A DNA stretch of 49,836 nucleotides from a virus. Taxonomy: Duplodnaviria > Heunggongvirae > Uroviricota > Caudoviricetes. The notes under the pieces are model-generated. The model worked only from the letters and a program-made list of their open reading frames with translations, had not been told where the DNA came from and did no database searches. The stretch spans positions 1-49,836 of the IMG/VR virus record IMGVR_UViG_2563366803_000005; one strand, written 5' to 3'. Shown here in pieces: positions 24,734-34,737 of the stretch. Position numbers and translations under genes: made by a program. Position 1 is the stretch's first letter; each line of letters opens with the position of its first letter.

Positions 24734-26633
24734 TATGATGAGTGCTGTCACAACAGCATTACAGCCCCTGATAAGGGCATTGCCGGTGATGCCAGTTGAA
24801 TGGGCTGATCAAAATTATTATCTGCCTAAAGAATCTTCATATGGTGAGGGAGAATGGAAAACGCTGCCGTTCCAGATCGCCATCATGAACAGCATGGGGA
24901 ATGATCAGATCCGGACTGTTAATCTGATTAAATCTGCCCGTGTTGGCTATACAAAGATGTTGCTGGGGGTGGTCGGGTATTTTATTGAGCATAAATCCCG
25001 AAACAGTCTGCTTTTTCAGCCCACGGATTCTGCCGCTGAAGATTTTATGAAGTCTCACGTGGAGGCGACGATTCGGGATGTGCCATGTCTGAAAGACCTT
25101 TTTCCATGGCTGGGGCGTAAACATCGTGACAATACCCTCACGCTGAAACGCTTTTCATCGGGTGTGGGTTTCTGGTGCCTGGGCGGCGCTGCCGCCAAAA
25201 ACTACCGTGAAAAATCCGTGGACGTGGTCTGCTATGACGAACTTTCCTCGTTCGAACCGGATGTCGAAAAAGAGGGTTCGCCAACCCTGCTTGGGGATAA
25301 ACGTATTGAGGGCTCTGTATGGCCCAAATCCATTCGCGGCTCGACGCCTAAAATCAAAGGCACCTGCCAGATCGAAAAAGCGGCCAACGAGTCGGCGCAT
25401 TTCATGCGTTTTTATGTGCCCTGCCCACACTGTGGGGAGGAGCAGTATCTGAAATTTGGCGATGAATCCACGCCTTTTGGCCTTAAATGGGAGAAGGACA
25501 GCCCCGAAAGCGTTTTCTACCTCTGTGAACATCATGGCTGCGTGATCCATCAGTCTGAGCTTGACCAGAGCAACGGGCGGTGGATCTGTGAAAACACGGG
25601 GATGTGGACCCGTGACGGTCTGACGTTTTTCAGCGCCGCGGATAATGAAATTCCGCCGCCGCGCTCCATCACGTTCCATATCTGGACAGCGTACAGTCCG
25701 TTCACCACCTGGGTACAGATAGTCTATGACTGGCTGGATGCACTGAAAGATCCCAACGGCCTGAAAACCTTTGTGAACACCACGCTGGGCGAGACCTGGG
25801 AAGAGGCCGTGGGCGAAAAACTCGATCACCAGGTGCTGATGGATAAGGTTGTGCGTTACACGGCGGCGGTGCCTGCCCGGGTGGTTTATCTGACGGCGGG
25901 CATTGACTCGCAGCGAAACCGTTTTGAGATGTATGTCTGGGGATGGGCACCGGGAGAGGAAGCTTTTCTGGTGGATAAAATCATCATTATGGGGCGTCCT
26001 GATGAGGAAGAGACGCTGTTACGTGTGGATGCGGCGATCAACAAAAAATACCGCCATGCGGATGGCACCGAAATGACCATTTCCCGTGTCTGCTGGGACA
26101 CCGGGGGGATCGATGGTGAAATCGTCTACCAGAGGTCAAAAAAACACGGTGTTTTCCGTGTGCTGCCGGTAAAAGGCGCGTCTGTCTATGGCAAGCCGGT
26201 GATCACCATGCCGAAAACCCGCAATCAGCGGGGCGTTTATCTGTGTGAAGTGGGGACGGACACCGCAAAAGAAATTCTCTATGCCCGTATGAAAGCCGAG
26301 CCCACGCCTGCGGATGAAGCCACGTCGTATGCCATCCGTTTTCCTGATGATCCGGAGATTTTTTCGCAGACAGAGGCGCAGCAACTGGTCGCGGAAGAGC
26401 TTGTGGAGAAGTGGGAAAAAGGAAAGATGCGTCTGCTGTGGGATAACAAAAAGCGGCGTAACGAAGCGCTGGACTGCCTGGTGTATGCCTACGCGGCATT
26501 ACGTGTGTCCGTGCAACGCTGGCAGCTTGATCTGGCTGTACTGGCAAAATCCCGGGAAGAAGAGACGACCCGGCCAACCCTTAAAGAACTGGCAGCGAAG
26601 CTGTCCGGAGGAGTGAATGGTTACAGTCGCTGA
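24705..26633 (+). CDS. A: Terminase large subunit (lambda gpA-like)
   Basis: 642 aa from ATG 24705; collinear with lambda gpA as recalled (…VEWADQNYYLPKES…, …KSARVGYTKMLLGV…, …CPHCGEEQYLKFGD…, …TAYSPFTTWVQIV…). Confidence 0.95.
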   Translation: MNISEQQLNNMMSAVTTALQPLIRALPVMPVEWADQNYYLPKESSYGEGEWKTLPFQIAIMNSMGNDQIRTVNLIKSARVGYTKMLLGVVGYFIEHKSRNSLLFQPTDSAAEDFMKSHVEATIRDVPCLKDLFPWLGRKHRDNTLTLKRFSSGVGFWCLGGAAAKNYREKSVDVVCYDELSSFEPDVEKEGSPTLLGDKRIEGSVWPKSIRGSTPKIKGTCQIEKAANESAHFMRFYVPCPHCGEEQYLKFGDESTPFGLKWEKDSPESVFYLCEHHGCVIHQSELDQSNGRWICENTGMWTRDGLTFFSAADNEIPPPRSITFHIWTAYSPFTTWVQIVYDWLDALKDPNGLKTFVNTTLGETWEEAVGEKLDHQVLMDKVVRYTAAVPARVVYLTAGIDSQRNRFEMYVWGWAPGEEAFLVDKIIIMGRPDEEETLLRVDAAINKKYRHADGTEMTISRVCWDTGGIDGEIVYQRSKKHGVFRVLPVKGASVYGKPVITMPKTRNQRGVYLCEVGTDTAKEILYARMKAEPTPADEATSYAIRFPDDPEIFSQTEAQQLVAEELVEKWEKGKMRLLWDNKKRRNEALDCLVYAYAALRVSVQRWQLDLAVLAKSREEETTRPTLKELAAKLSGGVNGYSR

Positions 26634-26823
26634 ACTGCAGGCGCTGCGTCAGGCGCGCCTTGATTTATTAACCGGTAAACGGGTGGTGTCTGTCCAGAAA
26701 GATGGACGAAGAATTGAATATACGGCGGCCTCTCTGGATGAGCTTAACCGTGCGATCAATGATGCTGAGTTGGTACTGGGGACAACCCGCCGTCGCCGTC
26801 GTCCGCTGGGAGTGAGGTTATGA
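26617..26823 (+). CDS. W: Head-tail joining protein gpW
   Basis: 68 aa; lambda gpW-like (…LLTGKRVVSVQKDGRRIEYTAAS…). Confidence 0.85.
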   Translation: MVTVAELQALRQARLDLLTGKRVVSVQKDGRRIEYTAASLDELNRAINDAELVLGTTRRRRRPLGVRL

Positions 26824-28412
26824 AACGAACGCCTGTCCTGATTGATGTGAACGGCGTTCCGCTTCGGGAGAGCCTCAGCTACAACGGGGGCGGCGCAGGA
26901 TTTGGCGGGCAAATGGCGGAGTGGTTGCCACCGGCGCAGAGTGCCGATGCGGCCCTGCTGCCCGCGTTGCGTCTGGGGAATGCCCGGGCAGATGATCTGG
27001 TGCGCAATAACGGGATAGCGGCCAATGCGGTGGCCCTGCATAAGGATCACATTGTCGGGCATATGTTTCTTATCAGCTACCGCCCGAACTGGCGCTGGTT
27101 GGGGATGCGGGAGACCGCGACAAAAAGTTTTGTCGATGAGGTGGAGGCGGCCTGGTCAGAATACGCAGAAGGGGTGTTTGGCGAGATCGACGTGGAAGGG
27201 AAACGCACGTTTACAGAATTTATTCGTGAAGGTGTGGGCGTTCATGCGTTTAACGGCGAAATCTTTGTGCAGCCGGTCTGGGATCCGGAGAGCACGCAAC
27301 TGTTTCGTACGCGTTTTAAAGCCGTGAGTCCGAAACGGGTGGACACGCCAGGACATGGTATCGGGAACCGTTTTCTGCGGGCCGGGGTGGAGGTCGATCG
27401 ATATGGTCGTGCCGTTGCGTACCATATCTGTGAGGATGATTTTCCGTTCTCCGGGAGTGGACGATGGGAACGGATCCCGCGTGAACTTCCCACCGGGCGT
27501 CCGGCCATGCTGCATATTTTCGAGCCGGTGGAGGACGGGCAGACCCGTGGAGCCAATCAGTTTTACAGCGTTATGGAACGGCTGAAGATGCTCGATTCCC
27601 TGCAGGCAACACAGCTTCAGTCGGCCATAGTGAAGGCGATGTATGCAGCGACGATTGAAAGTGACCTTGATACCGAAAAGGCCTTTGAATATATCGCCGG
27701 TGCGCCGCAGGGGCAGAAGGATAATCCGCTTATTAATATTCTGGATAAGTTCTCCACCTGGTATGACACGAATAGCGTGACGCTGGGCGGTGTCAAAATT
27801 CCGCACCTTTTCCCCGGTGATGATCTGAAACTTCAGACCGCGCAGGATTCAGACAATGGATTTTCGGCGCTTGAACAGGCGCTGCTGCGGTATATCGCCG
27901 CCGGTCTTGGCGTTTCCTACGAACAGTTGTCCCGTGATTACTCGAAGGTCAGTTATTCAAGTGCCCGCGCATCCGCCAATGAGTCGTGGCGCTATTTTAT
28001 GGGGCGGCGAAAATTTATTGCGTCCCGGCTGGCCACGCAGATGTTTTCCTGCTGGCTGGAAGAGGCACTTCTTCGGGGGATTATTCGTCCGCCACGGGCA
28101 CGTTTTGATTTTTATCAGGCGCGATCAGCCTGGTCACGGGCTGAGTGGATTGGAGCCGGAAGAATGGCCATTGACGGGCTCAAGGAGGTTCAGGAATCAG
28201 TGATGCGCATTGAGGCCGGACTGAGCACGTATGAGAAAGAGCTGGCGCTGATGGGCGAGGATTATCAGGACATTTTCCGCCAGCAGGTCAGGGAATCTGC
28301 AGAGCGGGAAAAAGCCGGACTCTCACGTCCGGTGTGGATAGCGCAGGCGTATCAGCAGCAGATAGCGGAGAGTCGCAGGCCGGAAGAGGAGACAACACCA
28401 CGTGAGACGTAA
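26820..28412 (+). CDS. B: Portal protein (gpB)
   Basis: 530 aa; lambda B-like (…GGGAGFGGQMAEW…, …ARADDLVRNNGIAANAV…); ATGA overlap with W. Confidence 0.9.
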   Translation: MKRTPVLIDVNGVPLRESLSYNGGGAGFGGQMAEWLPPAQSADAALLPALRLGNARADDLVRNNGIAANAVALHKDHIVGHMFLISYRPNWRWLGMRETATKSFVDEVEAAWSEYAEGVFGEIDVEGKRTFTEFIREGVGVHAFNGEIFVQPVWDPESTQLFRTRFKAVSPKRVDTPGHGIGNRFLRAGVEVDRYGRAVAYHICEDDFPFSGSGRWERIPRELPTGRPAMLHIFEPVEDGQTRGANQFYSVMERLKMLDSLQATQLQSAIVKAMYAATIESDLDTEKAFEYIAGAPQGQKDNPLINILDKFSTWYDTNSVTLGGVKIPHLFPGDDLKLQTAQDSDNGFSALEQALLRYIAAGLGVSYEQLSRDYSKVSYSSARASANESWRYFMGRRKFIASRLATQMFSCWLEEALLRGIIRPPRARFDFYQARSAWSRAEWIGAGRMAIDGLKEVQESVMRIEAGLSTYEKELALMGEDYQDIFRQQVRESAEREKAGLSRPVWIAQAYQQQIAESRRPEEETTPRET

Positions 28413-29907
28413 TCTTTCACACATTATTGCCGCAGCATTCAATGAACCGCTGCTTCTGGAGCCCGCCTATGCGCGGGTTTTCTTTTGCGCGCTCGGGCGC
28501 GAGATGGGGGCAGCAAGTCTTTCGGTACCACAACAACAGGTACAGCTTGATGCTCCCGGAATGCTGGCTGAAACGGACGAGTACATGGCCGGAGGTAAAC
28601 GACCGGCCCGTGTTTACCGGGTGGTGAACGGTATTGCTGTACTGCCGGTGACCGGCACGCTGGTGCACCGGCTGGGCGGTATGCGGCCATTTTCCGGAAT
28701 GACAGGCTATGACGGCATTGTCGCCTGTCTTCAGCAGGCAATGGCGGATAGCCAGGTGCGGGGCGTACTGCTGGACATTGACAGTCCGGGCGGGCAGGCC
28801 GCCGGCGCGTTTGACTGCGCTGACATGATTTACCGCCTCCGTCAGCAGAAGCCGGTCTGGGCACTGTGCAATGACACTGCCTGTTCTGCAGCCATGCTGC
28901 TGGCGTCGGCCTGCTCCCGACGGCTGGTTACCCAGACATCCCGTATCGGCTCCATTGGCGTGATGATGAGCCATGTCAGCTATGCCGGTCATCTGGCGCA
29001 GGCCGGTGTGGATATCACGCTGATTTATGCCGGGGCGCACAAGGTGGATGGCAATCAGTTTGAAGCGTTGCCGGCAGAGGTTCGCCAGGACATGCAGCAG
29101 CGGATTGATGCGGCGCACCGGATGTTTGCCGAAAAAGTGGCGATGTATACCGGGTTGTCTGTGGATGCGGTCACGGGAACAGAGGCCGCCGTTTTTGAAG
29201 GTCAGTCCGGCATTGAGGCCGGGCTGGCGGATGAATTAATCAATGCGTCGGATGCCATCAGTGTGATGGCCACGGCGCTGAACAGTAATGTCAGAGGAGG
29301 CACTATGCCGCAATTAACTGCAACGGAAGCCGCCGTGCAGGAGAACCAGCGAGTGATGGGGATCCTGACATGCCAGGAAGCGAAAGGACGTGAACAGCTT
29401 GCCACGATGCTGGCAGGGCAACAGGGCATGAGCGTTGAACAGGCCCGGGCGATTCTGGCCGCGGCGGCACCGCAGCAGCCGGTGGCATCCGCGCAGAGTG
29501 AAGCCGATCGCATTATGGCGTGTGAAGAAGCGAACGGTCGTGAACAACTGGCGGCAACGCTGGCGGCGATGCCGGAGATGACGGTGGAAAAAGCCCGCCC
29601 GATCCTGGCGGCTGCACCACTGGCGGATGCCGGGCCCTCACTTCGTGATCAGATCATGGCCCTGGATGAGGCAAAAGGGGCAGAAGCGCAGGCTGAAAAA
29701 CTGGCGGCCTGCCCGGGAATGACCGTGGAGAACGCCCGGGCTGTGCTGGCTGCGGGATCAGGTAAGGCCGAACCGGTCTCTGCATCCACAACCGCCCTGT
29801 TTGAACATTTCATGGCGAATCATTCACCGGCAGCGGTGCGGGGTGACGTGTCACAGACGTCAGCAGACGGTGATGCGGACGTGAAAATGCTCATGGCCAT
29901 GCCATGA
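28402..29907 (+). CDS. C: Prohead protease / scaffold (gpC with nested Nu3-like region)
   Basis: 501 aa; S49/ClpP-like protease region matches lambda C (…AAFNEPLLLEPAYARVFFCAL…, …SIGVMMSHVSYAG…). C-terminal part contains three tandem copies of an approximately 40-45-aa unit. Confidence 0.85.
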   Translation: MRRNLSHIIAAAFNEPLLLEPAYARVFFCALGREMGAASLSVPQQQVQLDAPGMLAETDEYMAGGKRPARVYRVVNGIAVLPVTGTLVHRLGGMRPFSGMTGYDGIVACLQQAMADSQVRGVLLDIDSPGGQAAGAFDCADMIYRLRQQKPVWALCNDTACSAAMLLASACSRRLVTQTSRIGSIGVMMSHVSYAGHLAQAGVDITLIYAGAHKVDGNQFEALPAEVRQDMQQRIDAAHRMFAEKVAMYTGLSVDAVTGTEAAVFEGQSGIEAGLADELINASDAISVMATALNSNVRGGTMPQLTATEAAVQENQRVMGILTCQEAKGREQLATMLAGQQGMSVEQARAILAAAAPQQPVASAQSEADRIMACEEANGREQLAATLAAMPEMTVEKARPILAAAPLADAGPSLRDQIMALDEAKGAEAQAEKLAACPGMTVENARAVLAAGSGKAEPVSASTTALFEHFMANHSPAAVRGDVSQTSADGDADVKMLMAMP

Positions 29908-29943
29908 AGTCAGTGCTGACCATCAATATGAGGTTTTAACAAA

Positions 29944-30291
29944 ATGGTGACGAAAACCATCACTGAACAGCGTGCGGAAGTACGTATTTTTGCCGGTAAT
30001 GATCCGGCTCATACCGCCACAGGCAGCAGCGGGATTTCTTCTGCAACACCGGCTCTGACGCCCCTGATGCTGGATGAAGCCACCGGGAAACTGGTGGTCT
30101 GGGATGGACAGAAAGCCGGTAGTGCGGTTGGCATACTGGTACTGCCGCTTGAAGGCACAGAGACAGCGCTGACGTATTACAAGTCGGGAACCTTTGCGAC
30201 GGAGGCAATCCACTGGCCTGAAAGTGTGGATGAACACAAAAAGGCAAATGCCTTTGCCGGCACAGCCCTGAGTCACGCGGCTCTGCCGTAA
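29944..30291 (+). CDS. D: Head decoration protein gpD
   Basis: 115 aa; lambda D-like (…NDPAHTATGSSG…TPLMLD…WDG…GILVLP…YYKSGTF…AFAGTA…). Confidence 0.9.
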   Translation: MVTKTITEQRAEVRIFAGNDPAHTATGSSGISSATPALTPLMLDEATGKLVVWDGQKAGSAVGILVLPLEGTETALTYYKSGTFATEAIHWPESVDEHKKANAFAGTALSHAALP

Positions 30292-30348
30292 CACGTTATC
30301 AGGCCACCATGGTGGCCTGACTGATTTCTGAATGAAAGGAACTGATTT

Positions 30349-31377
30349 ATGGGATTGTTTACGACCCGCCAGTTACTCGGTTATACCGAACAAAAAGTTA
30401 AATTCCGTGCGCTATTTCTGGAGCTGTTTTTCCGCCGTACGGTGAATTTCCACACCGAAGAGGTGATGCTGGACAAAATTACCGGAAAAACGCCGGTGGC
30501 GGCCTATGTCTCCCCGATCGTTGAAGGAAAAGTGCTGCGCCATCGTGGTGGTGAAACCCGCGTGTTGCGTCCGGGCTACGTCAAGCCGAAACACGAATTT
30601 AATTACCAGCAGGCGGTTGAGCGCCTTCCTGGTGAAGATCCATCTCAACTGAATGATCCGGCTTACCGCCGTCTGCGTATCATTACCGATAACCTCAAAC
30701 AGGAAGAGCACGCCATTGTCCAGGTGGAAGAAATGCAGGCGGTAAATGCTGTGTTGTATGGCAAATACACCATGGAAGGAGACCAGTTCGAGAAAATTGA
30801 GGTCGATTTTGGCAGGTCGACGAAGAATAACATCACTCAGGGTAGTGGTAAGGAGTGGTCAAAACAGGATCGTGACACGTTCGATCCTACACATGATATT
30901 GACCTCTACTGCGACCAGGCCAGCGGTCTTGTGAATATTGCCATTATGGACGGTACCGGCTGGCGTCTTCTGAATGGTTTTAAGCTGTTCCGCGAAAAAC
31001 TGGATACCCGTCGCGGTTCAAATTCTCAACTCGAAACGGCAGTGAAAGATCTGGGCGCAGTGGTGTCCTTCAAGGGGTATTACGGCGATCTGGCCATTGT
31101 GGTGGCGAAAACGTCTTATATAGCAGAAGACGGTATCGAAAAACGTTATCTTCCAGATGGCATGCTGGTTCTGGGGAATACTGCTGCAGATGGGATCCGT
31201 TGTTACGGTGCCATTCAGGATGCTCAGGCGTTGTCCGAAGGTGTGGTGGCCTCTTCCCGTTATCCGAAACACTGGCTGACGGTAGGGGATCCCGCCCGTG
31301 AATTTACCATGACGCAGTCCGCGCCGCTGATGGTGTTGCCGGACCCGGATGAGTTTGTGGTGGTACAGGTGAAATAA
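30349..31377 (+). CDS. E: Major capsid protein gpE
   Basis: 342 aa; collinear with lambda E (…YVSPIVEG…, …KLDTRRGSNSQLETAVKDLG…, …TGDPAREFTMTQSAPLMVL…). Confidence 0.95.
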   Translation: MGLFTTRQLLGYTEQKVKFRALFLELFFRRTVNFHTEEVMLDKITGKTPVAAYVSPIVEGKVLRHRGGETRVLRPGYVKPKHEFNYQQAVERLPGEDPSQLNDPAYRRLRIITDNLKQEEHAIVQVEEMQAVNAVLYGKYTMEGDQFEKIEVDFGRSTKNNITQGSGKEWSKQDRDTFDPTHDIDLYCDQASGLVNIAIMDGTGWRLLNGFKLFREKLDTRRGSNSQLETAVKDLGAVVSFKGYYGDLAIVVAKTSYIAEDGIEKRYLPDGMLVLGNTAADGIRCYGAIQDAQALSEGVVASSRYPKHWLTVGDPAREFTMTQSAPLMVLPDPDEFVVVQVK

Positions 31378-31385
31378 TCCGTGAG

Positions 31386-31415
31386 CGGGGGCGAAATGCC
31401 CCCGTGTCTTTTTTC
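31386..31415 (+). terminator. Terminator-like hairpin after the major capsid gene
   Basis: CGGGGGC-GAAAT-GCCCCCG followed by TGTCTTTTTT. Confidence 0.5.
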
Positions 31416-31428
31416 ACAGGGGGCTGAT

Positions 31429-31803
31429 ATGGCAACGAAAGAGCAAAATCTGAAACGGCTTGATGAACTGGCCCTGATTCTGGGGCGTGAGCCGGATATA
31501 TCCGGGAGTGCCGCAGAGATAGCGCAGCGGGTGGCAGAATGGGAAGAGGAAATGCAGTCATCCGGCGATGATGTACAGGTTATGAATATGGATATCCGGG
31601 AGCGGGAAACCGCGGCTCATGATGTTCGTGAGGAAACATCCGGCGCGTTAACGCGCATCAGAGTTCTGACCTGCCTCCATCTCTGTGGCGTTGATGGTGA
31701 AACGGGGGAATCCGTTGAGCTTGCGGATGTTGGTCGGGTGATTCTGATTATGTCCTCAGATGCAAAAACACACGTTGATGGTGGAATGGCTGTTTATGCG
31801 TGA
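31429..31803 (+). CDS. FI: DNA packaging / head completion protein FI
   Basis: 124 aa from ATG 31429 (MATKEQNLKRLDELALILG…); lambda FI position and size. Confidence 0.8.
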   Translation: MATKEQNLKRLDELALILGREPDISGSAAEIAQRVAEWEEEMQSSGDDVQVMNMDIRERETAAHDVREETSGALTRIRVLTCLHLCGVDGETGESVELADVGRVILIMSSDAKTHVDGGMAVYA

Positions 31804-32149
31804 TTTTCAGAATGCCTTTGATGCCGCCCTTGCCGGGGTGGACAGTACGATTGTTGAAGTGATGGGGATCCGTGCGCAGTTCACCTCCGGAGCACAACGT
31901 GGCGGCGAAGTTCAGGGGGTTTTTGACGATCCGGAGTCGCTGGGTTTTGCCGGTGGCGGGGTCCGTATTGAAGGAAGCAGCCCGTCATTATTTGTGCGGA
32001 CGGATACGGTGCGTGCCGTGCGGCGTGGTGACACGCTGACCATTAACGGCGAGATGTTCTGGGTGGATCGTGTTTCTCCGGATGACGGGGGAAGCTGTTA
32101 TCTCTGGCTCAACCGTGGGCAACCACCCGCTGTTAACCGGCGACGATAA
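31796..32149 (+). CDS. FII: Head-tail connector protein FII
   Basis: 117 aa; near-collinear with lambda FII (…GVFDDPESLGFAGGGVRIEGSSPSLFVRTD…WVDRVSPDDGGSCYLWL…PPAVNRRR). Confidence 0.9.
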   Translation: MRDFQNAFDAALAGVDSTIVEVMGIRAQFTSGAQRGGEVQGVFDDPESLGFAGGGVRIEGSSPSLFVRTDTVRAVRRGDTLTINGEMFWVDRVSPDDGGSCYLWLNRGQPPAVNRRR

Positions 32150-32164
32150 ACGCAGGGGGAAATT

Positions 32165-32698
32165 ATGGCGATAAAAGGGCTTGATCAGGCGATTGATAAT
32201 CTGAGCCGGGTTCGTAAAAACGCCATTCCGGCGGCTTCAGCAATGACGATTAACCGCGTGGCCACAACGGCGATTAATCAGTCTTCATCACAGGTTGCCC
32301 GGGAGACAAAGGTACGCCGGAAACTGGTTAAGGAACGGTCCAGACTGAAACGGGCGACGGTCAGAAATCCGAACGCAAAAATTATCGTTAACCGCGGTGA
32401 TCTTCCAGTGATTAAGCTGGGGATCAGGATGCTGGGCCGTCGTCCGAACAGCATACTTAAAGCCGGTCAGCATCGGTATCAGCGGGCATTCATTCAGCGA
32501 TTAAAAAACGGTCGCTGGCATGTCATGCAGCGTGTGGCCGGGAAAAACCGTTACCCTATTGATGTGGTGAAAATCCCGATGGCGGCCCCACTGAAACAGG
32601 CGTTTGATGAGAATGTTGACCGTATCCGGCGTGAACGCCTGCCCGGAGAACTGGCATCCGCGCTGAAACAACAACTGAGGATTGCGATAAAACGATGA
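32165..32698 (+). CDS. Z: Tail completion protein gpZ
   Basis: 177 aa at the lambda Z position. Confidence 0.85.
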   Translation: MAIKGLDQAIDNLSRVRKNAIPAASAMTINRVATTAINQSSSQVARETKVRRKLVKERSRLKRATVRNPNAKIIVNRGDLPVIKLGIRMLGRRPNSILKAGQHRYQRAFIQRLKNGRWHVMQRVAGKNRYPIDVVKIPMAAPLKQAFDENVDRIRRERLPGELASALKQQLRIAIKR

Positions 32699-33090
32699 AA
32701 CACACTGATATCCGTGCTGCAGTGCTGGATGCACTCGAGCAGCATGAACACGGGGCGACGCTGTTTGATGGTCGCCCCGTTGTTTTTGACGAAGAGGATT
32801 TTCCTGCGATCGCGGTTTATCTGACGGATGCAGAGTATACCGGTGAAGAGCTGGATGCAGATACCTGGCGGGCCACACTGCATATTGAGGTGTTTTTACC
32901 GGCACAGGTACCGGATTCAGAGCTTGATCAGTGGATGGAAAGCCGGATTTATCCGGCGATGACTGCGATCCCGGCACTGGCAGGACTGATTACCACGATG
33001 GTTACGCAGGGCTATGAGTATCGTCGTGATGACGATATGGCGTTATGGAGCTCTGCGGATCTGACTTATTCCATTACATACGAGATGTGA
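32695..33090 (+). CDS. U: Tail terminator gpU
   Basis: 131 aa, the lambda U size and position. Confidence 0.9.
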   Translation: MKHTDIRAAVLDALEQHEHGATLFDGRPVVFDEEDFPAIAVYLTDAEYTGEELDADTWRATLHIEVFLPAQVPDSELDQWMESRIYPAMTAIPALAGLITTMVTQGYEYRRDDDMALWSSADLTYSITYEM

Positions 33091-33097
33091 GGACGAT

Positions 33098-33847
33098 ATG
33101 GCAACACCAAATCCCCTGGAGCCGGTAAAAGGTGCCGGTACCACTCTGTGGGTTTACAACGGCAAGGGTGATGCTTATGCAAACCCGTTGTCAGACGCTG
33201 ACTGGCAGCGACTGGCTAAGGTGAAGGATCTGACGCCGGGCGAGATGACGGCAGAATCCTACGATGATAACTACCTGGATGATGAAGACGCAGACTGGAC
33301 CGCGACCGGGCAGGGGCAGAAATCTGCAGGTGATACCAGTTTTACGCTGGCCTGGAAACCGGGAGAGGAAGGTCAGAAAGGGCTTATAGGCTGGTTTGAA
33401 AGCGGCGATGTCCGGGCCTATAAAATCCGTTTTCCGAATGGCACGGTGGATGTGTTTCGTGGCTGGGTCAGCAGTATCGGTAAGGCCGTGACGGCGAAAG
33501 AAGTGATCACCCGCACGGTGAAAGTCACTAACGTGGGTAAACCTTCTGTAGCGGAAGAACGCAGCAAAATTACGCCGGTCAGTGCGATTAAGGTGACGCC
33601 GACATCCGGTACGGTGGCAAAAGGGAAAACAACCACCCTGACCGTTACTGTGGAACCGGAAAATGCAACGGATAAGACATTCAGGGCGATTTCCGCCGAT
33701 CCATCAAAAGCCACCATTAGCGTGAAAGATATGACGATTACTGTGACGGGGGTTAAGGATGGAAAAGTCAGCATCCCTGTGATTTCCGGTAATGGTCAGT
33801 TTGCTGCGGTGGCTGAAATTACCGTTAATAATGTGCCGGGTGGCTAA
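33098..33847 (+). CDS. V: Major tail tube protein gpV with C-terminal Ig-like domain
   Basis: 249 aa; C-terminal about 90 aa T/V-rich Ig-like segment. Confidence 0.9.
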   Translation: MATPNPLEPVKGAGTTLWVYNGKGDAYANPLSDADWQRLAKVKDLTPGEMTAESYDDNYLDDEDADWTATGQGQKSAGDTSFTLAWKPGEEGQKGLIGWFESGDVRAYKIRFPNGTVDVFRGWVSSIGKAVTAKEVITRTVKVTNVGKPSVAEERSKITPVSAIKVTPTSGTVAKGKTTTLTVTVEPENATDKTFRAISADPSKATISVKDMTITVTGVKDGKVSIPVISGNGQFAAVAEITVNNVPGG

Positions 33848-33865
33848 AGAGCTGAGAGATAAGCG

Positions 33866-34297
33866 ATGTTCCTGAAAACAGAACAATTTGAATATAACGG
33901 TGTATCCGTCACGCTTTCTGAGCTGTCTGCGCTGCAGCGTATTGAGCATCTTGCCCTCCTGAAACGGCGGGCAGAAGAGGCTGAAGCCAGCGGCAACCTG
34001 CAGGTGAGTGTGGAAGATCTTGTCAGAACCGGCGCGTTTCTGGTGGCGATGTCCCTGTGGCATAACCATCCACAGAAAACGCAGTCACCGTCAATGAATG
34101 AGGCCGTGATGAAGATAGAGCAGGAAGTGCTCACCACCTGGCCTGCTGATGCCATTGCCCGGGCGGAAGACGTGGTGTTGCGTCTGTCCGGGATGATCGA
34201 AGCTGTTCGTCCGGATACTGATATTACTGAAGTGGCGAAAAATAACACGCTGACTGATGATGATTTTTCTGCGGGAAAGTCTTCGACGGTGAGCTGA
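33866..34297 (+). CDS. G: Tail assembly chaperone gpG
   Basis: 143 aa; ends …DDDFSAGKSSTVS; contains the G GGA AAG slip site. Confidence 0.85.
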   Translation: MFLKTEQFEYNGVSVTLSELSALQRIEHLALLKRRAEEAEASGNLQVSVEDLVRTGAFLVAMSLWHNHPQKTQSPSMNEAVMKIEQEVLTTWPADAIARAEDVVLRLSGMIEAVRPDTDITEVAKNNTLTDDDFSAGKSSTVS

Positions 34298-34737
34298 ACT
34301 TTGCCCTCAGACTGGCGCGTGAGATGGGGAGACCCGACTGGCGCGCCATGCTTGCCGGGATGACATCCACCGAATATGCCGACTGGCACCGTTTTTACCG
34401 CACGCATTATTTTCAGGATACCCAGCTGGATATGCATTTTTCCGGGCTGACGTACGCTGTACTCAGCCTGTTTTTTTGCGATCCGGATATGCATCCCTCT
34501 GATTTCAGTCTGCTTGTCCCCCGGCATGAGGAAGAGCAGGTGGAGAGGCCGGATGAGGACAAAATGCTGATGCAGAAAGCGGCAGGACTTGCCGGAGGCG
34601 TCCGGTTCGGTGGGGACGGAGGGGGCGATATTTTATCGTCTGCGGATGTGGCGGATGTCATGGTGGATGATGCCGCATTAATGATGGCTTCAGCGGGGAT
34701 TCCGGGAGGTGTGAGATATGTCCCAGCCGGTTGGTGA
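33866..34737 (+). CDS. T: Tail assembly chaperone G-T fusion (programmed -1 ribosomal frameshift)
   Basis: Slippery heptamer G GGA AAG at 34273-34279 in the G frame. The -1 frame continues GKVFDGELNFALRLAREMGRPDWRAML… into the T reading frame, which ends at 34737. Confidence 0.75.

Noticed and set aside
25155-25829. 224-aa minus-strand ORF inside the terminase large subunit gene
   Set aside because: Antisense to gpA, whose frame is strongly supported by collinearity with lambda A.
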